A DNA stretch of 64,000 bases from the human T2T-CHM13v2.0 reference genome, Homo sapiens: NCBI RefSeq assembly GCF_009914755.1, contig NC_060936.1. One strand, 5' to 3'. The number at the start of each line of letters is the position of its first letter. Position 1 is the first letter of the stretch. The position numbers and the translations under genes were made by a program. The notes under the pieces are model-generated. The model made no database searches. It saw only the letters and a list, made by a program, of their open reading frames with translations, and was not told the DNA's origin. Positions 1-16,542 of the stretch are shown here, piece after piece.

Positions 1-16
1 TTCACATTCTACACGT

Positions 17-444
17 GTTTAAAAAAAATCAGCCACATTAAATTTAAAGGAGTTTAATTGTGCAATGAACAATTCATGAATCGGGCAGCCCCTAGAATCA
101 CAGCAGATTCAGAGAGACTTCAGCACAGCCACGTGGTAGAAGAAGATTTATAGACAAAAAAAGGGAGGTGACGTACAGAAATTGGAAGTGAGGTACAGAA
201 ACAACTGGCTTGGTTAAAGCTCAGCATTTGCCTTATTTGAACACAGTTTGAACACGCAACAGCATATGAGTGGCTGAGGCACGGCTGCTGGGATTGGCCA
301 AGACCCAGCCACTGTTACCGGCATACACTCCCAAGTTAGGGTCTCACTCTTGTCTACCTACTGCGTTAGGTTGCAGTTCATCCACAAGGACTTAAACACA
401 GAAGTTCAGAGTCCTTCTCAGGTCATATTTAGTTCACTTTAAAA
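17..444 (-). mobile_element. MER57-family (ERV1/MER4 group) LTR, 3' LTR
   Basis: Reverse complement matches the remembered MER57 start (..AACTAAATATG.CCTGAGAAGGACTC..). On the - strand it is directly preceded by a polypurine tract (+ strand ttcccccc ttttgg at ~446-459). Confidence 0.75.
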
Positions 445-635
445 ATTCCCCCCTTTTGGTCATTTTCTCAATTTTGAGAGTGACCAAAACTTTAGTCATT
501 GATGTCACTATTACCATTGTAAATGTACTTATTTGGTCTTGAAAGCCACTGGAAAACAGTAGAACAGTGAGTTTTGCAAAGGTAGGAACAAGGACTGAGT
601 AGAGGGTACCTGCTTATGCTGGAACACCCTGTTTA
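445..635 (-). mobile_element. 3' end of MER57-type ERV internal sequence with polypurine tract
   Basis: PPT (ccaaaaggggggaa on -) abuts the LTR; the following ~190 nt resemble MER57-int. Confidence 0.6.
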
Positions 636-649
636 TACATATAACATAA

Positions 650-1000
<351 letters not shown>

Positions 1001-2475
1001 TAAAAAAAAAAATTTTAATAAACTTAGCAACAGAATAATTCCTTCTCTGGGCCCCAGATTCCTTGTCTGTACAATGTGAATAGTAATAATTTCTCAGGGC
1101 TGTTGTGAGAATTAAATAAGACAATACATGCAAAGTGCTTAGCCTTGATTGTGACACATAATAAGATTTTGCTGTTATTATGGAGCTGAGATTAGAACAG
1201 TGCTCTCCTTTCCAAAGCCCCAGTGAGGCCAGCCCTTCCTTGTCACTTTCTAGGACTCCCCTTTTCCACTTTGCCCCTCTTTGGTTTGAGGCTTAACATT
1301 GCATCTTTTGCTACCTTTGAAGTGTAAACTTTGGGAGAATCCAACAGAGCACATTTCCAGTCTCATCTTCATCATCTAGTAGTTTTGTGACTTTTTGCAG
1401 ATTCATACTAACTTCCTGAACCTTAGTTTCCTCATCTGTAAAATAGGACTAATAACACCCAGGTCTTCAGATTATAGAAAGAATTGGAAATAACATATAC
1501 GAAGCATTGGACATGGTGTCTTGCAGGTAATCATTATTCTATATGGTAATCCTTATTATTGTCATTATCACACTTGTTCATTCCAATTCTTCAATCCTTC
1601 CTTTGTCTTTCAAGAAGCAACAAGATTTTTAAGCTCACCTTAGCCATTAAATATCCTTTGGGTAATTGGGATGGGAAAAAAAATCAGCCCCAATAAAACA
1701 TTATTTTTCCAGGATTTCACAACATATTTATTTTCTCAAGGTTGTGAAAATACATTTTCACATTTTGATGTTTCTAATATTGAAGCATAATTTAAAATCA
1801 ATATGTACTTCTATGTTTTGGTTTTGTATGTTTTGGTTTATTCTTTCTAGTTCCCAACTTCCTCCAAAAAAAGAAAATCATTAAATCAAAGTATATCTTA
1901 GAATTTAGAATTAAGATAAGCAGATTTTGCTTTCATCTACTTCCAAATCGAAAAGACTAGATTTTTGGTAACCTCCTGAATATTCTTAGCCATAATAACC
2001 TGAATTCCCCAAATCATAGTACTCTTAGCTTTCAGCCTTACTGTTAAAAGATACATCCTTAAAGTTCTCTCCTAACTATTTTTTGGGGTCCCCAGAGAGT
2101 ATCTCACATGTGCCCATATTCTTTGACTGTGAAGCTCTGCCCTCTGGTTTCTCTCTCTGGGGGGCTGCTGCTGCTCCCCAGAGACTTGCCCTCCAGGACC
2201 AGGGAATCCCAGTGCACTGAGGTTGCGACAGAGAAGCCACAATCCCCAACCACCACCTGCCAGTCTCTCATGGCCACCTCCTTGGCCTCTGGCACTAACC
2301 CTCTGCACTTTCCCCATCAGGCCTCAGGCCAGCCCCTTCCCCAATGAGAGGGACAGGCAGACACCCTGCCATCCTCGTGCCAACCCCCTTCTCTCCATTT
2401 CTCTCCTTAGGTATTTCTCCACTTGCCAACATTCCCCTCTACTCTTTCCACTAAAATATTAAAAATAAAGAGCCT

Positions 2476-2806
<331 letters not shown>

Positions 2807-2882
2807 TTAGAGAGGTGGTCAGCCTTCCAGTTCCTCTAAGCATCAAATTAGATTCCCAGGTTGGGTTCAACCAGTACAATCT

Positions 2883-3182
<300 letters not shown>

Positions 3183-3730
3183 CTAGTACAATCTATACCA
3201 AAAACATAATAAAGAGAAAAATCATTCCTTTTTTCCAAAAGGATATCTCATAAGATTTTAAAAATATATTTGTATGATATAAAAATATCATTTAACAAAA
3301 ATTTTCATTACAACCTCATATATATAAACATATAAATGCATATTTTTACATGATAATAAAATATGTATATGTAATAAAATTATATTACATAAATACATTT
3401 ATACAATTTGTATGATGTTGATAGTTTCACAATGTGAATAGTTAGTATTAATCATGCAGTTACTGTGCAACAATCATGAATGCATTTAACCACAACAAAT
3501 CTTTGAAGCAAATACTGTTATGAGTTCAGTTTCACAGCTGAGAAAACAGAGGCACAAAGTGTTCGATATTATGTTCAGAATTTCTCCAGGTAGTATGGAG
3601 CTGAGTCTGGATTTGAACCCAGGCAGCTTGGAGCAACATCCTAACTACAGAGCAATTCTATCATTCTTATCATCTGAGCCAGACTGCAGATAAAAGGAGC
3701 TCCCTGAGCATGTTTTGACTGATGCCTATG

Positions 3731-4092
3731 GTATTAGTCCATTCTCATGCTGCTATGAAGAAATAACTGAGACTGGGTAATTTATAAAGAAAAGAGATTT
3801 CATTGACTCTCAGTTCTGCATGGCTGGGGATGCCTCAAGAAACTTACAATCATGGTGGAAGGCACCTCTTCAAAGGGCAGCAGGAAAGAGAATGAGTGCC
3901 AGCAGGGGAAATGCCAGACGCTTATAAAACCATCAGATCTCGTGAGAACTCACTCACTACCACGAGAACAGCATAGGGGAAACTGCCCCGTGATCCAATC
4001 ACTTCCCACCAGGTCCCCGCAACAGCACATGGGGATTATGGGAACTACAATTCAAGATGAGATTTAGGTGGGGACACAGCCAAACCATATCA
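3731..4092 (-). mobile_element. MaLR solo LTR (THE1D/MSTA-like)
   Basis: gtattagtccattctcatgctgctat...gatgagatttaggtggggacacagccaaaccatatca is the reverse complement of THE1/MST LTR ends. Confidence 0.9.
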
Positions 4093-7052
4093 GCTAAAAA
4101 TGATAAGCTGCCACTATGAAGCAATATCCTCCCATCCACTCCAACCCCCACAACACACAAACACACTCATACAAGTAATATTCATGTTCACTTCAAGGCA
4201 AGCATCAATTTTCTTTTGGAAAATTTTTAAAAATCAAAATCACCCACCTTAATTTTCAAGGGAGGAGGATGAAGAGCTAGAGGCATGAGATAGATGGGCC
4301 CCTGGTTGTATTCAGTGAAACACGTGCTTCTTTGAAGTGATCACTGTACGAGGACAGTGAGTTGAGCCATTCAAGGGTCCAACACAAGTGACTATATGAC
4401 AAGCTCCTTCCCTTGCAATACAGAATGAGGTTAGAACTCTTCTGTTTTCCATTTCTCTATATCCCAGAAACAGAAGACAAGCCCTGAACCCTCTTGACTC
4501 AAGTGAAAAAGATTTGGCTCTGTTTCCTGAATATGCAATATGCATTCCCAGGATACGTGAGCTGGCAGCACTGATGCTGAATAGCAAAACTGCTCAACCT
4601 TAGGCCAAGTAGGGAGCTGCCCTTTCCAGGTCACTGAAGTATAGTTAGGATGGCTCCCTTGGTTTCTAATGAATGGAAACTTGTTACATAATTGAAAACA
4701 AGCCTAACATGTTTTGTTCATTACTGTCAGAAGGGAAAAAAAAGGAGAAACAGTCCTGTTGCTAACCCTTTCTAAGTCCCTCTGGCCAATTTGCCTGCTT
4801 AAAAACTAGCCCATCATCCCCAGCCACTCCAAGTCCTGGCAGCATCTTCTCTAGCCCACCCCTTGGCACTGAAGATAAAATGATCTTTGTAGCTGCTTCT
4901 TTAGGAAGGTAACTTCGGTGCAGTGGAACAACTCATGAGGATGGAGGAATAACTGACCAATTCACTCTGGCCTAAATAGGCTGTTTCAGCCACAGGGTAC
5001 AGCTGGTAGGTGAGCCAACCAACACCTTTTTCTAATTCTTCCAAAGAAAAACAAAGTGAACTTGGACACCTCAGGGCCCTAGAGAATGTGCTGGCAGCGC
5101 GACTGAGCTATACAGCCTGCAATTCTGATATCTGAAGAGCTGATGGCTTACTCTTTCTTATCTCCTTTCAATTCTCATTGCCTATTGCCCAGGACACCTG
5201 GGAGGGAGCAGAACCTATTAAGACACAGGTGGAAGTTATCAAACAAATCGCCTTAGTTGCGATCTTGACCTGAGCTAAATGGAAACTGTGACACCAACAC
5301 ACAGATCTTGTGCACAAGCCCCCTTCTCAAGACAAGCCATTAAGAGACAATTACAGTGAGTGTTCACAGCTGAACTATTATGTCCAGGTGCTGCCTCTGT
5401 TATCTCTTTATGGCAAAGTGAAAGCTGAAGCGGGCTTGGATTAAATGAATAAAGATTTTCCCAGGAGATGCCACTGCTAAGATTCCATCAACTCGGCTTG
5501 TGCATCTGTGAAAAGAGATCCAATTCACGATTTCCATAGCCAAAGTCAAGCCCAATAGATAAAGCTTATAAAAGAGCTGGTCTTTAAAAATGGCATGTGT
5601 TCTGGGCTATTCAAAGACAGGAAGACCAAAAAGAACTTAATCCCAAACAAATGAAAACTCTCTGGCTGAGGAGTACCAAACTTAAAAGGTATAAGGAAAG
5701 GATCATGTAAGGCTTAAAGAGATAAAAAAAAAAAAAAAAGTAAATCAATTATCTTCAAGACACTAACCACGCTTCCTGGAGAAGAGAATCTTAGAAGTTG
5801 AATTAACCATACTCCTCACATCTTTTAACTCCATTTTATTCCCTGAAAGCATCAAGTTCAGCCAGTGTATGACACTGTATTTCATTTAGTCAACAAATAT
5901 TTATTGAAAGCCTACTGCATGCCAACTATTCTACAGCAGTGAAGATGCGTAACCCAATCTCTATCTTCACAGAGTTTATAGTCTATTGGAGCCAAGTACC
6001 CCTCCAACTATGTAATATACAGTAAGGTAAATTGGAAAGGACACTGAACTAAGACTCAAGAAAATTGAAGTCAAGACTCAGCTTCGTCTTTGACTTATAA
6101 AAGACCATTCACAAATCATTACATGGGTGTCCCCATGCCTTAGTAAAATGAGGAATGTTTGTGAGCTGCAACCTAGTTTACTTTCTGCTTGTGTTCCTTG
6201 GAGCTCAGAGCTCAGAGCATCTTGAAGGTGAGGTAGAGATTCATGACACCAGGTTCCAGGTTCCTCTACCCTGTATTTTAACTACAGAAGCCGTCTGCTT
6301 CTGTTTTCATACATCAGAGTTTAGAGTACGATCTCATTTGAAGAGGAAAAAATAACAGCTAAAATAAAGTTTGAAAACTACTGCCTTAAACAACTTTAAG
6401 ATCCATTCCTGTTCTGTGGTTTGGTTTCCCAAATTTCATAGTTTCTCCCTCTTAGAGCATAAACCAGTCTTTCATCTCTGGCAGATAAATCACTAGGGGA
6501 AATCTCTGAGAAAAGTTTCTCTCCTGATCATACATACTTCTTGGCTCAATATTATCCTACCACAACCCCAGATGATTTCCATCTCTACTCATCCCCAGCA
6601 GCATTCTACATTGTTTCTTCTTCTCATCTTTCAAATGTAAGGTCACCAGTGTAAAGTTGATATGGGCATCTCATATTCCCTCTAAGTTACTATCCTTGAG
6701 TGTTTTTTCTTGTATAAACCACTGTGTTTCCTATTTCAGGCACCACTATACGCAACTTGTTCTCCTTAGGAAAGATTTTTGGTTTTGTTTGTTTGCTTGT
6801 TTACATTCCACCTTGTTCTCAGAATGCATAAAATATGGGATTGCATAATATCTTTAAATGAATTGAAATAATACATGCACACATTTTAAAAAAATAAATA
6901 GCCCAAACAGGCAGAATGGGGAAAAAAATAGGCCTACTTCTCAGACGCAACTTCTTTAAATCATTCAGCTATTTTTTTAAAATCCTGGCAACCGCCTTCA
7001 TATCCCCTAAATAATATGCTGATATTTAATTTTTACATTTTCTACCTATTGA

Positions 7053-7418
<366 letters not shown>

Positions 7419-7634
7419 TAAGCAAATGCATTTTTCTAGTATGATGATTATTTAAATACTGTTCCTGGAAAGGCCAATCTGTTTGCTAAGAATAAAGCCT
7501 AAATGGGAACCTAAAAGTGGAAAAACAAAGGCTGGGAAATAACATGGAGCTATGAATAAGATTAAAGTACATACTCTACCAAAAAAAAAAAAAAAAGGGG
7601 GAATTTCTCTGGTTCCATGAATAAACCATTGCTT

Positions 7635-7795
7635 AAATCATTCTCAAACTATAATGTGTATAAAATTCACCTGGAATCTTGTCAAAATGCAGATTCTGAT
7701 GCAATAGTTCTGGGTAGGGCCTAAGATTTTGCGTTTCTGACAAACTCCCAGGTGACACCAATGCTGCTATTCTATGAACTACAGTTTCAACAAGG
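7635..7795. mobile_element. MER5A-like hAT DNA transposon relic
   Basis: ttctcaaact...aattcacctggaatcttgtcaaaatgcagattctg...tttctgacaaactcccaggtga. Confidence 0.7.
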
Positions 7796-8402
7796 TCTTA
7801 CCCGATGGCTTCCAAATTTCCTTCTCCTTTTCCTTCTCCATGGAGAGCCCTCTTCAGAGGGACTCTTAAGAATTATCTCATCCTATTCCATTTATTACTC
7901 TACAGGGAGAGGCAACCTAACCTGGCTTTAACCATAACTACTTGCACAATGAGGAGGAGCAGATTTCCCATCTCTGATTCGCAGATGGGAAACACTGTGG
8001 CAGGTAAGGGATTTCATCAGGGCTGCATGGCAAGTAGCTGAATTCCGTAACATATGAAGAATTGCTTCCATTTCTACATTTCTTGTTAAAAGACTCAGAG
8101 GATGTTGAGCACTTAGAAACAAGCTGAAGAGCATGTCTGGCCTGAGCCCGATGAAAGTCAGAGTCAATAGCGTAAGCAAAGGACCAGGCACATTCCCTGT
8201 TCCTTTCCCTGGTCTCTGCTTCTCATTTCTTAATCTTTGCTCATACTCAACCAGGCTACCAGCAATCTGGAGACACATATGGATGGAAAAGATGCCAAGG
8301 GAAGCCCTCCCCTCCTTCCATGATTACTGTCCTTCATTGCAAAAGAAACTCTTTTTAAATATGCCTGGAAAGCAGTACCTGTTGTTTTTTATGTGGGTAA
8401 AG

Positions 8403-8615
8403 GCCAGTGGTATGCTACAAATGTTTAACAATTGACCATCAAAAAAAAAAAAACAAAACAAAAAGAGGCCCTCTTTTGTAGCATTTGCCAGTTTCCATGG
8501 TGTAAATACTCTCACTCTGGCCAATATCAAGCTTCCAACATGACTTTACTGAACATGGAATTAGAAAGATATGAGGCCAGTGACTCTCACAAGCTAGTAT
8601 GAGCCGGCCGCAGTT
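8403..8615. mobile_element. hAT (MER63/Blackjack-like) relic; a related copy in opposite orientation at ~38298-38490
   Basis: cagtggtatgctacaaatgtttaacaa...tgtagcatttgccagtttccatggtgtaaatactc resembles the remembered consensus. Confidence 0.45.
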
Positions 8616-8996
8616 CATCATGATAAAGCCTATAATTTTATCATCAGGCAAAATTAAAACTGTAGATTCAGAAAAGATTTACACCTGTTTGATCAACCTT
8701 CTCATCATCACGTCCCTTTACTACCAAAGTAAGTTGACCTGCCATTGCTCTTTAACAGTTGGTAGTTTTTCTTTAATGCAAGGTATTTAGCAGAAACCAC
8801 CACATAAATTAAGCCCTTGTCCTATAGATAGCTTTTACAAAGAGCTTTCCTTGATCCCTATTGAATTATTGCCCTGGACCAGAGAAATACAATGCCTTTC
8901 CCAACAGTTTAATGTATTTAGTAACCCTCTGGAAAGAGAAAAATAACAAAACAAAACATTACAATTTTACATGTTGAAATTAAAATGAATCAAAAC

Positions 8997-9430
<434 letters not shown>

Positions 9431-9571
9431 TGACAATATTTCTTAAAAATTTATTAGTGATCAATTTCTATTCATTTAAGAATAGTTTGAAGTTAAAATG
9501 TAAGCTTTAGGAGATATGTATTCTTTGACAGATTTTAAGGGTTATGGAAATCAAAACAAGTTTGGTAAGTG

Positions 9572-10247
9572 GCTATAGTAGATTGCCAAAATTTTCACAA
9601 ATTATTCCCTTCCTTAACAGCTACGTCCTTTGCAATATAGCTTTGCAATTTCTCCCATCAACAGGTGGAGTTGGTCTTGTGCCTTCTTTGGCCAATGGAA
9701 TGTGACAAAGCAGCATTGCAGTTCAAGCCTAGGCTTTAAGAGACCTTTTGGGATTTCCTAATTGCTACAAAAAAAACCTGACACCAGGTGAGTAAACCCA
9801 GGGTAGCCTACTGGGGGATGAGAGACCACCTGGGACAAAGATGAACCATCCCAGGTAAGCTTTGTACCCCAACCACCACGACACACCAGCCAGGCTCCAG
9901 CTGACCTAGCACCTTCTCACACCTGAGCCCAGCTCAAATTGCCAAACCACAAATTCTTCCAAAATGGGATGTTGATTTACACCAGGGGTATCCTATCTTT
10001 TGGCTTCCCTGGACCACAAGGGAAGAATTGCCTTTGGCCACACATAAAATACACTAAGGATAGCTGATGAGCTTTAAAAAAATTGCAAAAAAAATCTCAT
10101 AATGTTTTAAGAAAGTTTGCAAATTTGTGTTGGGCCACATCCAAAGCCATGCTGGGCTGCATGTGGTCCCGTAGGCCATGGGTTGGACAAGCTTGATTTA
10201 TGCCATTGAGCTTTGTAGTGCTTTAATAGCTAAAACTAATTGATATA
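9572..10247 (+). mobile_element. MLT1-type MaLR LTR interrupted by MER30
   Basis: tttggccaatggaatgtg...gttcaagcctaggc...gagcccagctcaaattgcc...aactaattgata pattern on both sides of MER30. Confidence 0.6.
9983..10195 (+). mobile_element. MER30 hAT DNA transposon
   Basis: caggggtatcctatcttttggcttccctgg...ggttggacaagcttg termini; 8-bp TSD atttacac / atttatgc. Confidence 0.85.
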
Positions 10248-10279
10248 GTCACCTATATCAGGAAATACTCAAAATACAC

Positions 10280-10750
10280 CCCAACCATATGCTGTATGTA
10301 GACCTTTTTGGAGGCTGATTGAAACCAAACCAACTTCTTAAGATAACTGAGGAAATTTAAAATGGTATGAGTATTAGACAATATTGAGGAATTATTGCCC
10401 CTTTTGTGAGATGTGGTAATGATATTGTACTTATGTTTTTAAAAAGTCCTCATCTGTTAGGGACATACAAAATTTATACATGCATATATGAAATAAATAT
10501 GTACCTACACACATACATAAACACATACACGCTGAAATATTTAGGGGTGAAATAACTTTATGCTTGGAATTTGCTTTAAAATACTCCAGCAATTAAAAAA
10601 AAAAAGAGCAGGAAGCAGGGCATAGAAGAGAGGAAAATAGGCGAAATGTAACGGTGATAATGTTAGAAGGTTGACAATGGCTGCATGGCAGTTTGCCATG
10701 CTATTTTCTCTACTTTTGTGTATGTTTGAAATTTTCCAAAATAACTTTTC
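10280..10750 (+). mobile_element. Old L1M (L1MC/ME) 3' fragment
   Basis: tggaatttgctttaaaatactccagc...tattttctctacttttgtgtatgtttgaaattttccaaaataa is a typical L1M 3' end. Confidence 0.7.
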
Positions 10751-11892
10751 ATGTTTTTGCCTTCAAAGAGGTTCTTAAGATTATTTCTGAGGCTTTCCCA
10801 AATACCTGGAAAGAAAACAATCATTAAATGGAAACACCGCGTAATACTATCATTGGCCTGATTGTTCAAATAACCAATACATTTCATAGCGCCACTGTGG
10901 AAGTGGGAGGAATCAAGTAGTGACAGTAGAGATTAGATTAGCTGGAAGTCATAGTAAAAGTCAAACCCAAAGCATGCTTAATGGAAATTACAAAATTAGT
11001 AAGACAACAACAAGGAACCCGGCTAGTCTCATTTTAAGTCCAGTATTTTTCCGCTGTAATGCTGCCACTCCCTCACGTTGATTACATTCAAGTGGCCAAA
11101 TGTTATAAGCAGGACTCTTCTGGTTGCCGGTGACAGAAGCGCAACTTAAATTGCCTTTAGCAATAAAAGGTTAATTTTTAGATTGATCAGTTAAGGTATT
11201 AATCGACAGTTGCTTAAACAGTTACCCCCCAGATCTCAGCATCTTAACACAATAAACATTTCTTTTTAGCTCTTGCCACTGATCTATGGTGGCATACCTG
11301 CCCAGATGGCTGCAGGATGCACTCTTCTCCAAGCCTTCAGCCTCCTAGCCAATGGGTAGGGAAAGGAAATGAATGATCCCTCATGGGATGTGATCATGGG
11401 CTTCGGCCACATAAGGTGAGAACTCACAGGCCACACCTAACTACAAGAGTCTGAGAACTGTGGTCTAGCTGTGTGCATAAAAGGAAGAAAAAAATGGATT
11501 TTGACAAACACACTGCAATTTCTGCCATGGCTAGACTTTCTGCTGGAGAAGGCTGCAATGGTACATCTTGCACAGCGGGATCCAGGGTTACACCATCATG
11601 TGAGATCTCTTTCACACTCTTTCTTCCTCTCTCTTTTCTCTATTATGTTCTGCCTCAGCTCTGCCTCATTCTGTCTGCTGGCTTTTCCCGCCCTCAACTG
11701 AAGAATCTTTAGGCATCCATACTGTTTGGAAACATGGCTAGTGTGCATTATGTAAATACTGGTTTTTCCTGCATATCACAGTATTCAGTTTTAGCCATTC
11801 ATTGAAATATCACAGTTTCCAGTGGAGTCACATAAGGAAGAAATTGCAAAGGTGGTAAAATAAATACTGACATTTAGGAAAAGCTGGAATAA

Positions 11893-12249
<357 letters not shown>

Positions 12250-13000
12250 TAATGCTCAGTTTTATGGGAAAGAAGGACATACAAATAAACATAGACAAAA
12301 CAAGAAAAGTTTAAATGTGCCAAGCCAGAATTATAACCAAAGTGCCCTTAGCATCCAGAGGAGAGTGGATGACTGTCTCAAGAGTTAGAAGGGTTTTGCA
12401 GAAGGATGATTTCTCTTTCCTCTTGGGAAGGAGGGATATTCAGGAAGACGAGTCAGGACATGCAAAAGTACAGATTTGAGAGAGTCCATGCACTGAGGGA
12501 AGAAGGCCAACCTGGTTGGAGCACAAAGGCCATGGAGTGAGTGGGCAATAAGATATGAGAAGAAGGAGGAAGTTATAGTCTAAATACAAAGTCTTATCTA
12601 CCAAGTTCAAGATTTTGAATTGGTTTCCATATTGGTAACGGAGGCTTTGTAATCAGAAAGTCGTTCAATATGGGGTTGTTTGGGTGGCGGTGGTTGTTTT
12701 ATGTCAAAAGATGGATAATCTAATGGAGTGTAGTGGATGACTTGGAGCAAGATGATACCAAAGAAATGAAGTCCAGAGAGGAAGCTGATGGAAATAGTGC
12801 AGGCAATAGAAAGTGAGGCCTGAGCTGAGACTTTGGCAGTGGGAAAGCAAAGAAGAAACATTTCTGAATTAGAATTTGTAAGATTTGGTCACTAACTTGA
12901 TGCAGACAATAAGAGACATAGGGAAACAGGTAAAGCATCTGAAATTTCCAGATGGCATGTGGATGAACAACCCCATTGATTGGTTGCTTCAAAAAAAATA
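12250..13000. mobile_element. L2 fragments
   Basis: Diverged purine-rich L2-like text (gcaaaagtacag...ggttggagcac...ggaagctgatggaaatagtgcaggc...atttggtcactaacttgatg). Confidence 0.5.
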
Positions 13001-13127
13001 CAATCCATTTGAGCCATATTTCTATATGTTTAAGCTATAGGAAAAAAAGTTCTAGAAAAGGAGATTTTGGCTTGAGGTTTTCAGGGCAATCAGAGAGCAC
13101 AAAAGCTGAGTTAAAATAGTAGAAATT

Positions 13128-13450
<323 letters not shown>

Positions 13451-14839
13451 TTATGTAAAGTTTGATTGCTAGATAGTATATACAGTGTTTCCAAATGAAA
13501 ACCAAAGTCAGAAACCAAAGTCAACACACACACACACAATGTTATACTTTTTTGAAAATGTGTATTTCCTTTTTGTGTTTAAAATCCAGATAAAAATTAT
13601 GTTGTCTATTACCTGTAGTAGTTTTAGCTGGTAAATGTTTAATGGGAAATAAATCACGAGACTATTTTAATGGAGAATTTCTACGTGACATTACCTAGAA
13701 TAATGCACAAGGACTGGCTAGTGATGTTTTAAAAGACTCAGAAAAGATTTTAGAAAAGTAAGGGTGGAGATAGAATATCTACAATAAATTTTGGGAACTA
13801 GAATTGAGAAAAGTATCCAAAGACACAATTATTCTTAAAGTCCTTTTGGAAAATGATGTAGAATGCTTGATGTTTCCCCAGAGCCAACACAATTTATTTG
13901 TCAGAATTGAGCCATGAGAAGAGAGTTAGAAAATTCTTTAAGATGATTCTAAAAAAGTAATTATGTCCTCACTTGTCCTGAATATAGCATTTTATATACT
14001 TTAATGAGGACAGGATACTCACACCATTAACCCATTTCACTTAGTTACCAACTCCAAGTGTTGAATGTTAAAAACACTGTAGAAAAATTCCAACCCTGGG
14101 GAGCTCCAAGTTCCCTTGCTGTGGCCAGCACTGCACATCCTTCACAGTAGATAATGAAGGAGGAATTAAACACGGTTCCTGCCAGCTTTGAAAAATCATC
14201 TTACACCATATAGGCAAAAGCCAATGACATATTGCCCTGGAGAGCCACAGGGCAGCAGTGGAAGGCAGGGCAGCCCCAGGAAAGCTGTGCCTCTCTCCTC
14301 CCAAGGAACAAATGAATGATCCTTCTTCCACCACCCACTGTCTTCGGTACTCAGAGCAAGTCACTGAAAGTCTCCACACCTCTAAGATGGAGAATTGTTA
14401 AAGCTTGTCTTTGTTAGCTCTTTGGTTTTGTGTGTGTGGGTGAGGATTATATAAGATAAAGTGATGGACGTGCAACATAAAAGCAGAACGGATTCTTCTG
14501 TTGACGTTACTGTCACTATAATACTACTTATATTACAAAGCTTGGAGAGAAGTTGAGAGTATGATATTCAAACAACTTACTGGCTACCATCTGACTCTTT
14601 TATAAGCCCCAGAATTCCACAGTGATATCTCTCAATGTAATGTGCTTATTCAATTTACAAGATAAAAGAGTACTGAAAGATTATCTTGGAATTGTATTTC
14701 TTCCTTTCAAATGTGGGTTTCTTTTTTTTATGTAATACTGGCTCAAGATCTCCATCCTAAAAAGCATACAGTCCTATGGCTATGACCTATCAAACTAAGG
14801 GAAGAGTTAAAATAATCTGTATTCTCAGGATCCTCTCTA

Positions 14840-15095
14840 CTGAGAGGCAAAGGCATGTGGGAAAAAGAATTTGGATTCAGACTTTGTTTAAATTCTGATT
14901 GACCACTTGCTAACTGTGTGCCCTAGGATGGTGATTTTCTGGGCCTCAGTTTTCCCAACTTTAAAATGAGGGAAGGGAATGGGTAGAAATAATACCTACC
15001 TTGCAGGGCTGTTATGAGTATTTAGGCAAAGTGTAAAATGTGCCTAGCAGAGCGCGTGGCCAGCAGGCATGTGCTCCTTAAACAGTGACAATTAT
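14840..15095. mobile_element. MIR
   Basis: ccacttgctaactgtgtg...ctgggcctcagttttccc...taaaatgaggg...aataatacctaccttgcagggctgttatgag MIR core. Similar MIR cores at ~1040-1180, ~1350-1540, ~23760-23900, ~26920-27120 and ~40800-41000. Confidence 0.75.
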
Positions 15096-16542
15096 TCCTA
15101 GTATCACCCAGTAGCAGTCATCTTGCTCCTTCTACCTGAGTCTGCAGAGATTTCTAGATTGCATCATAGTGTCAGTTTGCTGTTCAAACATGGGAAATGC
15201 ATATTTTTCTTGTATTGATCAATGTTTATATTATGTGTATATTTTGTTCTTATTACTCATAAGAATGGGATAAGAGTAAATGAAATATAGACCATAAAGC
15301 CCTGGAAATTAGCACAATGTGTAGTTTTTTATAATTAGCTCTGTTAGACATGGAAATCAAGAAAGGAACTCATAAAACTTTCTTGAGAATGATCTAGGAG
15401 ATACACCTATTTTACAACTCGCAGAATGCCGGTAATTACTATATCCTTATTAATACAAGCATAACATCTATATAACATAAATTCAGTTTCATTTCCTCCC
15501 CTTCCATCTAAATTTGCATTCACTATATCCATTAATTACATGAATTAATTGATTTTAATAATTTTTTAAAGTTGACACCTTTATAGTTAGAAAAACAAAT
15601 GCCTATTCATTTGCCTTTCATTAAAGAACACAAAAAAAAGACATATGGAAAATGAATTTAACATCAATTTTTTTATACCAAACAACAAGCTTTATCTAAT
15701 TTCTAGTTGGGAGACAAAATTGTTGGGACAGTATGGACATATGCAAAATCTCTTTAGTTTCTTCTGAATCTGGCACTTGCAAAAGTGCTAACAGACAGCA
15801 GCAGGTACCAGCAGAATATCATGGACTTGTTGGCCTTGACTGATGCTGTTTGCTTGAGATTTCAATAATCAGATGTGCAACTCTGATGTCTTTCATTGTT
15901 CTATAACCACTCACTGAACTTGGCCAAAGTAATGATCCTGCAGAAAATAATAACAAAACATTCCACCCCACCTGGCTTATGAACCTCTCAAAGATCATTG
16001 CCTCCCTCTTTCCCCTCTCCCCAGTCCCTCCCTTCTCTCAGACGGTGACTTCCCTTGCAGGTCTAAGCCTTCTGTTTATTTCCCTCTACCTCTTTTATCC
16101 TATTAAAGCCGTATCTCCATCCCTCTGCCACCCACCTTCCATCTCTGGTTCTCTATTTTCTCTCTTCAAAACAGATTTGACCTATGTAAACATCTGGCTG
16201 CTAGAAACTCCTAGACTGGTAAATTCAGCTTTACTTGGTCACCTATGATTTTGAGTTGTAGGCCCTCCTAGTTGGGTGAGGGTCACTACCTCTTCATAGC
16301 TGTTCATTCCCAGGCTGACCATCTCTTTACATAGGATCCATGGGCAAGGATAGGACCGCAGCAACAAAGCTGGAAGGAGGATTGGTTGGGAACAGAAGGA
16401 GGAGTTGCCTGCCTTGAGCACCTTCTCCAAACTGATGCCTTCTCAAAATATTTTAAACAAATATGTTGACATAATAGTTGTTAAGATGCATTAAAAATCA
16501 TCACAGGAAGGAATGTAAACGGACATCTGTAGGAAGTTAGAT

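Noticed and set aside
4700-5620. Repeat-poor stretch with splice-like and factor-binding-like words (possible lncRNA exon or enhancer)
   Set aside because: No ORF or consistent exon structure can be supported from sequence alone; needs conservation or expression data.
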